A DNA stretch of 64,000 nucleotides, taken from Batkoa obscura. Lineage: Eukaryota. The notes below the pieces were generated by a model. That model saw only the letters and a list, made by a program, of their open reading frames with translations, ran no database searches and was not told the origin of the DNA. The stretch lies in NCBI GenBank assembly GCA_030770535.1, contig JASVEC010000024.1, positions 372,001-436,000 of the forward strand, given 5' to 3'. Below are positions 53,980 through 62,064 of this stretch, one piece after another (position 1 is the stretch's first letter; each line of letters starts with the position of its first letter). The position numbers and the translations under genes are program-made.

Positions 53980-54023
53980 TGACATCACCATGATAAGATA
54001 AGAAAATCCAAGTATATATAAAA
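53980..54023 (+). promoter_or_regulatory. CRE-like site (TGACATCA) plus TATA box
   Basis: TGACATCA at 53980-53987, 25-bp spacer, TATATATAAAA from 54013. Confidence 0.6.
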
Positions 54024-54067
54024 TGCAAGAAAATGAGTAAGAAAATGAAAAATAAAATAAAATCAAT

Positions 54068-54922
54068 ATGAATAATCAAAATCAATTAAGCTCTACTCAT
54101 AAGAAGGATACTAGTTTAAGTAACCTTGACTCTAACCAAGCTTATTCTACTGGTTCTCAACTTAGCTCTGGCTTAAACTCGGAGATGTACAATGCTAATA
54201 ATAATAGTAATCTTAATGCTACCAATATTTCTACTGCTACTGCTGCAAGTAGTAAACTAAAAAATAGTTATCTCGATAACTTAAATTCTGAGATGTTTAA
54301 TAATAGTAAGGCTAATACTAGTAACACTAATCTTAGCTATATTCCAAGTGAGACCCAAAATAACAGCTCATTGAATAATTCTAATAATAAGACTGGGTTG
54401 AACAGGAACTCTGATGACCCTTTTAAAGGTAATAAGCACAATAATAATCAATATAGCAATGCCAAATTATCTGGATCAGTAATTGATAATACTGCTGCCA
54501 TGAGTGTCAATTCACAAGATATTGCTTCTTCTATAACTGCCCAAGAAAAGGATAACATAAATAATAATCAATATAACAGCAATGAAACTTATAATAGTAA
54601 CCAATATAATAATACTAAACCATCTGGATCAGTAATTGATAATACTGCTGCCATGAGTGTTAATTCACAAGATATTGCTTCTTCTATAACTGCTCAAGAA
54701 AAGGATAAAAAGCATAATACCCAATATAATAATAATCAAGCTCATAGTAATGAACGTATTAATGCTGATACTAATATTCATTCTATTAACAGTCAGACCC
54801 ATACCAATACTAATACTACTCAATCACATAATGTGGATCATAATAATGTAGATAAGCATCATGAGGAAGGTGGTATTAAAGAAAAGGTAAAAAATGTTAT
54901 CGATAAAGTATTCCACAGCTAA
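54068..54922 (+). CDS. Asn-rich hydrophilin, dehydrin/LEA-like (paralog B, tandem duplicate)
   Basis: Colinear with paralog A (NLDSNQA, YxPSETQN); ends EGGIKEKVKNVIDKVFHS. Internal duplication at 54469-54555 / 54622-54708. Confidence 0.75.
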   Translation: MNNQNQLSSTHKKDTSLSNLDSNQAYSTGSQLSSGLNSEMYNANNNSNLNATNISTATAASSKLKNSYLDNLNSEMFNNSKANTSNTNLSYIPSETQNNSSLNNSNNKTGLNRNSDDPFKGNKHNNNQYSNAKLSGSVIDNTAAMSVNSQDIASSITAQEKDNINNNQYNSNETYNSNQYNNTKPSGSVIDNTAAMSVNSQDIASSITAQEKDKKHNTQYNNNQAHSNERINADTNIHSINSQTHTNTNTTQSHNVDHNNVDKHHEEGGIKEKVKNVIDKVFHS

Positions 54923-55049
54923 TATTTGCAAACAAATAATTTGTATTGTAATTCTATCATAATTTTTATTTAAAGGGATAAAACTTTATAAAGCAATAAA
55001 TTAAAAATAAAGGCAATAATAAAAAGGCAATAATTTATTTATATTACAA

Positions 55050-56280
55050 ATAAAGTTAGGTTATAGTTATGTTAAATTTACTTCTAATTTGTATGATAAG
55101 TTAAATAGTTTAGACATTACTAATATGATTTTTCCATTTAATAATAATGGCCGTAATACTTGACCAGCTAGGATAATCTTTTGAAGTAAAATATATCAAA
55201 GTAATTAATTATAAATAGCTGTTTTGATCCATAATAAATCAACCTTTATGATTACTAGAGCAACTATTAAATAACCCTTAGATATTGAAGTAAGTAAATA
55301 TAAACTGCGAGTATAATAATATAATAATAGCTTATTTACCTTTATATCTTTTCTCTAAATTAAATAAACTCTGATATACATGGGTTTTCACTAAGTACTT
55401 TAATTCATTAAGATCATTCCATTGAATTTTTCATAAGAAATTAATATCTAAGGGTAAATCTTCTTTATCTGAAGTTCTAAATACATTATATTTAATTAAC
55501 TTATGCCAACTACTCTCCGTAATATCTATTTTATTACCAATTTTATAATAAATCCTACCATTTGCTCCCTATTGTGTTAATTTCAGTATACCATTAGTAC
55601 CATAATTGTTTTTATTGTCATTTCTTCCTCTAGATGGCAATGTTACATAAGCATATAGCTCACCTAATTTTTGATCCTAATTTCTTATCTTTCTTTAATT
55701 ATAAATCCGTTTTAATTTCTCAACAACCTTTGGTTTTAACTCTAGTAACAATGAAGCAACAGATTTCTCACTGTGACTGGCATCGCTATCTTCATCATCC
55801 GAATTTAGTAAAATATCCAATTCCTTAACACTGATGACTACAAGTTTATTTGAACATGAAGAGAAGGGTTGGATTAAATCATAAGATTAATGTCTTTTAT
55901 TAGAGTTTAGTTGATATAAATTTAAGATTTATCTATTTGTATTACCATAATCGTGGGCCCATTAAGCTTGTTATTTGGGCTTTTATTAAATGATTCATAT
56001 TCATTTTCGTTCCTATTCCCACTCCCAATTAAATAATCATATCCATAAATACTTTGTCTCTCCTCTCTCCTACCAATGTTCTTATATTCTTCACAACCAT
56101 CTTGACATTGGCCTATTATAATCCACTTCCGTCTTAATCAATCTCTTACAATATTTCCCTTTATTATCAAAATAAACATAACATCTCATTATATGGTCAT
56201 TCTATTCTAAACAGACATACATAGAAACAAAATAAAATATACATCTACCCTGAGGATCTTTTAAACTTAAATTCATCTCA
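55050..56280 (-). pseudogene. Decayed coding relic of unknown family
   Basis: A long protein-like frame (KELDILLNSDDEDSD...KLKRIYN*RKIRN*DQKLGELYAYV...LTQ*GANG...INFL*KIQW) interrupted by isolated stops, plus a plausible GT-AG intron. Confidence 0.35.
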
Positions 56281-56305
56281 AAGTGAAGATAGTAAAAAAG
56301 TATAT

Positions 56306-56405
56306 GGGAGTGTTTTTTTTAGTTTCATTACTTTTCTCTATTTTTTAAGCACTATTTGAGTAGAAAAGCTATTAGTAAAATTCTTAAACAAAAAAATACA
56401 TTCCC
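56306..56405. mobile_element. MITE (Sola-like family)
   Basis: ATAT|GGGAGTGTTTT...ATACATTCCC|ATAT. Confidence 0.88.
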
Positions 56406-56725
56406 ATATAAATTTGAAAGAATTCTGATTTTAATATTATTCCGGATTATGAAAGATTCATAGTTGTTACATTGATAAGTTAGATTCCTAGTCAATGCAT
56501 TAATATATAATGTTTTTTATGACTATTGATGTTTAAGGCTACTTTAGAGTAATAGTCTCTTCACTTATTTCTTTATCTTTATTTGTTATAACATTATCTT
56601 TTGCACCCTGGTTTTGGTTTACCATTCTTTATTTTTCCTACTTTGTTTATCTAAATTAACTAAATAGCTTAGCTAATAAATAAATAAATAAATACAAACA
56701 ATTCAAATAGAAATAGTTAACATAT

Positions 56726-56824
56726 GGGGATGTATTTTTGTGTTTAAGAATTTTACTAACAAATTTTCCGCTTAAATAACACTTAAAAAATGGAAAAAAT
56801 AATGAAGTCAAAAAAAACACTCCC
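56726..56824. mobile_element. MITE (Sola-like family)
   Basis: ATAT|GGGGATGTATTTT...AAACACTCCC|ATAT. Confidence 0.9.
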
Positions 56825-57164
56825 ATATATCCTTCTTTTTTAACTTAGTAAATAAATCTTTAAATATTAATACTTTTCTTAACCATTTGACAAAACTGAA
56901 AATAAAGCTATTTAAAAAAGACCTTAACTTGGTAATGACTCAACTTTTATAAGTTGAATGAAGGATCAATCAATAGAATTAATGGAAAAAATGCTGAGTG
57001 GATACATTCATTAGGATTTCTATGTTTAGTAAATAGTAAGTGATTAGAAGTATTAATATTGATGATAATAGAAGTTAACGGACGTGAGATGAACTTACAA
57101 TTGAGTTTGACGGGTTTTGTTTTAACATTATTTATACATTGAGTAGTTAAATACATAAAAATAT

Positions 57165-57263
57165 GGGGATGTATTTTTGTATTTAAGAATCTTACTAACA
57201 AATTTTCCACTTAAATAGCGCTTAAAAAATGGAAAAAATAATGAAGTCAAAAAAGACACTCCC
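57165..57263. mobile_element. MITE (first of a tandem pair)
   Basis: ATAT|GGGGATGTA...GACACTCCC|ATAT; the right-hand ATAT is shared with the next MITE. Confidence 0.9.
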
Positions 57264-57267
57264 ATAT

Positions 57268-57364
57268 GGGGATGTATTTTTTTGTTTAAGAATTTTACTA
57301 ATAATTCTTCTACTCAAATAGCGCTTAAAAATAGAAAAAGTGATGAAGCCAAAAAAACATCCCC
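57268..57364. mobile_element. MITE (second of the pair, abutting the full-length transposon)
   Basis: ATAT|GGGGATGTA...AAACATCCCC|ATAT; the right-hand ATAT is shared with the transposon's left end. Confidence 0.9.
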
Positions 57365-57368
57365 ATAT

Positions 57369-59832
57369 GGGGTTGTCTGAATTAGTTTCATTATTTTATC
57401 CAATTTTAAAAAAATTTGTATTTTAAAAACTTCGCTTAAAATTCTATAAAATCACATCTTTTATTAAAACAAAAGTACCCAAACACAGTTCTAAATCATT
57501 CTATTATAGCTCATACTGTAAGTTAGTTGAATTTCTACTAGATCTTAAATACATGTTCTTATAAAGCTTAATTGAGAAATATTTATTATCAACTGCTTTA
57601 TAACCAACATCGTAGATTTATTATCAAATAAATAAACTACTTTAATGTTATAATTACATTATTAATATGTTGCCAAGTTAATAAATAGCTGCATGGGAGG
57701 GAGTGGTCAGCCCCAAAACTATAATTGACCATCCCTATATAGTACAAGTAATAATAGTTTTTACATATTATTACAGTTACTTGTTCTTTGACTATTTATT
57801 AACTTAGCTATTAATAACTTAAGTAATCCTAACATTTAACAATCTATTTCTATCATTCAACAAACTACTTACTTGCTTAGTAAATATCGAAATTTTTAAA
57901 TTCTCTGTTATCTTCGTAAGGTAAGCTGGGATCGATCTTTTAATTTTTCTGTTTTCTATAGACTCTATAACTTTAATTGGGACTATATCGCTTTTTTTTG
58001 ATGTATCAGATACTGGATAACAATGTAGTTTATTGTTATGTTTAATAAAATGTAAATACTTCTTAATGCCCTGCATCTCTATTATTCTTTTTGTATTTTT
58101 GTTTCTTTTATACTTTTTAAAAATTATATCTGTTTTCCCATTATTAACAGTTGAGTTATTAATTTTATTATGCTCACAAATAAAAGCCTCAAATCTTGAA
58201 ATTAATTGATCGATATCTTCTATTTTACCTAACGCTTCAAAACTACTTTTCCATTTTGAAAGGTTTCCAAAATGCCCATCAACTATACTTTTTCCATGAT
58301 GCTCAGCAAAAAAATTAAGATTAACATTCAAACTACTATTTATTTTATGAATTTCTTCAAACATATAGTGTAGAAACTCTTGGGATCTAAAATGATTTCC
58401 TGTATCTGCCCATATATTAATTTTTGTAAACTTTTTAAATAGAAGCTCTGTAGAGATTAAATCGATTAAACAATCTCCTGCATATGCTGAATCATGATTC
58501 AATATTTCAGATAAATAATCAAAGTAAACTTTGCCTATTGTTTTATCATCTTTTAAATATAATACACCAAAGCCTAATACTGATATAGCTTGTTTATTAT
58601 AATGATCTAGATTTATTGAATCTGGTCTTGTCCCTATTTCCATATTTTGTTTAAAATCTAAAACTATTATACAACTTTTGTTATTTAATTTTTTGATAGT
58701 TTCATTAAATGTGTTTTTTTGAGTATCAACACAGAATTTATGTAATTTGTATAATTTTTCTTCTTCGTTGAAAATTTCTTCTATCTCTGCTTTGTTTTTT
58801 GCTGTATTTATTTTATTTTCAAATAACTTTTTTCTAACTGTATACTGGGTACATATATTACATAGATCCGTTTTTCTTGCTGGATTTTTGAAATTACTTG
58901 GTATATATTTAAAGAACGTTGACCTGGCTACTGCTTTATCTCTTAGATCATTCAAATATTTACTATATATCATTCTTCTACTTTTATTTAATATATATAT
59001 ATTATCTGATGAATATTTACTATCGTTATTTTTTTTATTAAATCTTGATGAAATAGTTGAATCATTTAGTAAATATTGTATGATAGTTTCAATTTGGTCA
59101 TCTTTAATTTTTTTTGTATTTTTAATAATAGGTTTTAATGTTGATATTTTATTATTATTACTTGTTTTTGAATAATCATATTGATTTCTATTTATATTAA
59201 ACCCAAAACTCTTACATTCATCAAAAGAATATACTGAAGCTATAGTTGATAATAACGCTACTTGCTGATTTTTGTTTCCTGTTTCTCTTAAAGCACTAAT
59301 TTTATACATTACTTGATTAAGTTTATTATTATCGATAGTAAACTTTGATAATATATCTTTTCTTTGTTTTGTTTTATTATAAAATTCCATAAACCTTGGG
59401 TTGTTGTAAGTAGCTCTTAAGATTGATGTAAATGAATTACAATGTTTATATTGTGTACTCCTCCCTATTGTATTGAAGTTTTCAAAAATTCCATTTCGAA
59501 GTTTAGTTATGAAAGTTTGCATTTTATTTTTATTTCAACAAAAAATAAAGTCAAATAAAGTCAAATAACTGTGTTTATATAATTATGTATTTATATAATT
59601 ATATAATCATATAGTTATATATTATATATCTGTTAAATATCTAACAGAACTAACATAAAATATATAGTTAGGAAAATTAGCTATTTAAGAAAAGGAAACA
59701 ATTAAAATAAGTTTTAAATAGAGACATTTAATTTTAGGCTTTTTAGATTTAACCGTTATATTGAACACAAACTTGGAATTTTAAATTTGGATTAATTTCT
59801 AAGTAGATTCTGAAACCAATTAGGACAGCCCC
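57369..59832 (-). mobile_element. Putative autonomous TIR DNA transposon, Sola (Sola2-like) type, 2,464 bp
   Basis: 22-bp imperfect TIRs (GGGGTTGTCTGAATTAGTTTCA versus rev-comp GGGGCTGTCCTAATTGGTTTCA, 18/22 identical). ATAT on both sides (57365-57368, 59833-59836). Contains one long uninterrupted ORF. Confidence 0.85.
57819..59522 (-). CDS. DDD-type transposase (Sola2-like)
   Basis: Intronless 567 aa. Cys/His motif TDLCNIC...LHKFC; candidate catalytic Asp residues in IIVLDFKQN, IWADTGNHFRS and NFFAEHHGKSIVDGHFG. Confidence 0.8.
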   Translation of the reverse strand: MQTFITKLRNGIFENFNTIGRSTQYKHCNSFTSILRATYNNPRFMEFYNKTKQRKDILSKFTIDNNKLNQVMYKISALRETGNKNQQVALLSTIASVYSFDECKSFGFNINRNQYDYSKTSNNNKISTLKPIIKNTKKIKDDQIETIIQYLLNDSTISSRFNKKNNDSKYSSDNIYILNKSRRMIYSKYLNDLRDKAVARSTFFKYIPSNFKNPARKTDLCNICTQYTVRKKLFENKINTAKNKAEIEEIFNEEEKLYKLHKFCVDTQKNTFNETIKKLNNKSCIIVLDFKQNMEIGTRPDSINLDHYNKQAISVLGFGVLYLKDDKTIGKVYFDYLSEILNHDSAYAGDCLIDLISTELLFKKFTKINIWADTGNHFRSQEFLHYMFEEIHKINSSLNVNLNFFAEHHGKSIVDGHFGNLSKWKSSFEALGKIEDIDQLISRFEAFICEHNKINNSTVNNGKTDIIFKKYKRNKNTKRIIEMQGIKKYLHFIKHNNKLHCYPVSDTSKKSDIVPIKVIESIENRKIKRSIPAYLTKITENLKISIFTKQVSSLLNDRNRLLNVRIT

Positions 59833-60269
59833 ATATATTAAACTATTTTTTAATATTTTTTAATATTTTTTAGCAATTTCAATACTAATTATAATAGCTA
59901 ATTCAAAGCCCAATATTTAAAATAAAATAAATTAAAACTTAATGAAAACAGTTAAATTATCTTTTATTCATAAAAGTATAAGTGTTAAATTGTTTTTATT
60001 TTATAATAAATTAAAACATTGATTTTTACAAATTTTATCATTGACGCTACCCTCTATTATTAATAATTATAAAATATCAATGACTTTGGAACAAAAAACA
60101 TAAACTACATTAACGTCATAAACTATAGTCTACAAATTATGAAAATTAGTTAGATCTTGTCTATATAATAGCTATAAAATTATTGAACTTTATTGATATA
60201 AAACCATTTCTTGCATCAATCAATTTGCTAGTAATTTTATATATTTTTTATGTTATTTATTCATAGTAG

Positions 60270-60351
60270 GACACTTTGGCCGAGCGGTTAAGGCGTGAGC
60301 CTAGAAAGCTCATGGGGTTTCCCCGCGCAGGTTCAAATCCTGCAGGTGTCG
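60270..60351 (+). tRNA. tRNA-Ser (anticodon AGA)
   Basis: Acceptor stem GACACTT/AGGTGTC plus discriminator G, D arm TGGCCGAGCGGTTAAGG, anticodon arm TGAGC-CTAGAAA-GCTCA, long variable arm GGGG-TTT-CCCC, T loop GGTTCAAATCC. Followed by a T7 Pol III terminator. Confidence 0.96.
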
Positions 60352-60624
60352 TCCCTTTTTTAACCTAAGGGGGGATATAGGTCAGTTACCAATTATTCTT
60401 TTTTGGGATTTTTAAAAGAGTTTAAATTTACAGCTAAACCCTGATATATTTTTTAAATCTAAGTTTAAATTATTATAATTTTTTGTTTTTAAAACTCCTG
60501 ATTTGGCTATTAAATATAATTTTGTTTTTTTATCATTTTATTTTGTTTCTTATTAACAAAGTTTTTTAATACATTAATTTAATAATTATATTATAAAATT
60601 ATAGCTGTTGTATTTTTTGTATAT

Positions 60625-60724
60625 GAGAGTGTTTTTTTTTTACTTCATTATTTCTTCCATTTTTTAAGCGCTATTTAAGCGGAAAATTTATTAGTAAAAT
60701 TCTTAAACACAAAAATACATCCCC
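60625..60724. mobile_element. MITE (Sola-like family)
   Basis: ATAT|GAGAGTGTTTT...ATACATCCCC|ATAT. Confidence 0.88.
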
Positions 60725-61006
60725 ATATAATACTTTAGTTTAAAAAAACTTTAATATAATAGCTTTTTTTGAAACTTTATTAAACTTAATTTAACAAGCT
60801 TGTTTTGTTTTTTAACTATATTTATTATTATTAATAAAACAAATTATTCTTCCATTTATTTCATATAATCTTTTTGATTACTCTATATTATTTTATTTAT
60901 TTCTAAGCTTGTTTTAATTTTTAAACTAAGATTTTATGATTTATTGTAAACAGTTAATTAAAAACAGTATAAGTCATCAATTATAAAAATAACTATTAAT
61001 TAATAT

Positions 61007-61102
61007 AAAAGTATTTTTTTAGCTTTATCACTTTTTCTATCTTTTAAACATTATTAAGCAGAAAAATTATTAATAAAATTTTAAATAAAGGAATACATCT
61101 CT
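61007..61102. mobile_element. Degraded MITE
   Basis: ATAT|AAAAGTATTTT...ATACATCTCT|ATAT; terminal G and C residues converted to A and T. Confidence 0.65.
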
Positions 61103-61127
61103 ATATATTAGAAAGTATATTTAATAT

Positions 61128-61220
61128 GAAAATGTATTTTTTTAAAGAATTTCACTAACACTCTTTCTGTTGAAATAGGGCTTAAAAAATGGAAAAAGTG
61201 ATAAAATTAAAAAAACATTC
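61128..61220. mobile_element. Degraded MITE
   Basis: ATAT|GAAAATGTATTTT...GCTTAAAAAATGGAAAAAGTGAT...AAACATTC|ATAT. Confidence 0.7.
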
Positions 61221-61298
61221 ATATATATTATTTGCTTTAAATAATATGGTTTTTTTAATGCCAGATTTTAAAAAAGTGAGTAATATTAATCTACATAA

Positions 61299-61398
61299 GG
61301 GGGGTGTATTTTTGTATTTAAGGATTTTGCTAAAAATCTTTCGGCTCAAATAGCGCTTAAAAGATAGAGAAAGTAATGAAACCAAAAAAAACATCCCC
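61299..61398. mobile_element. MITE with ATAA target duplication
   Basis: ATAA|GGGGGGTGTATTTT...AAACATCCCC|ATAA. Confidence 0.88.
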
Positions 61399-61606
61399 AT
61401 AACCTATTGCAAAATAACTATAAAGGAACAAGGAATTGGTGAAAGAAAATAGCAAGCTTACCCTCAAGCAATGATGAATTTTATTTATTTAATAAAGTTG
61501 ATTAATAAAGTTTGAGCTTAACTTTTTATTTTTTTTTATTTTTTCAATTAAACGAGTACAAATACAACTTTTTTGAGTAAATACCAAACAAGTTATTTCA
61601 TGATAT

Positions 61607-61701
61607 AGGGATGTTTTTTTAACTTCATCACTTTTTCCTTTCAAGCGCTATTTGAGTGGAAAAACTGTTAGTAAAATTCTTAAACACAAAAAAACATCCT
61701 C
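61607..61701. mobile_element. MITE (Sola-like family), TSD degraded
   Basis: ATAT|AGGGATGTTTT...AGCGCTATTTGAGTGG...AAACATCCTC|ATTG. Confidence 0.8.
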
Positions 61702-62064
61702 ATTGATACTATTTGTTTAAATTTTGTTAATTCTCATATTAACTTCTGGATTTCAGACTTGAGTTTGCAAAATTGGATTTTTGCTAAACTTAGTAAAAAT
61801 AGTATAGAGTATAGATACTAGATAGATTAAATAATACTTTCTATAATTTTGAATATTACTAGTTCTAATCTTAACCTTAAAAATTTAATGCTTACTCTAA
61901 ACCTCCTCTACCTTAACCAAACTTTTATTCAAAATCTAAATTTTCGGATGTTTTTTTCAAATTAATTTTAGACCTTAAAGATTCAAAATCTAATTTGGTT
62001 TGTTAAAATTGAATTGTTAAAATTTATCAATTTATTATTTTCTAATACTCACTTTCACCAGCCA

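Noticed and set aside
56947..57210. Short ORFs starting inside MITEs (also 61182-61400 and 16729-16941)
   Set aside because: Their shared 'KFLxxK..P' segments are simply translated MITE sequence.
56300..57370. Clustered ~100-bp repeats resembling a CRISPR array or satellite
   Set aside because: The units have TIRs and TSDs, occur in both orientations and are dispersed across the window; there is no repeat-spacer periodicity and no cas gene, and the context is eukaryotic.
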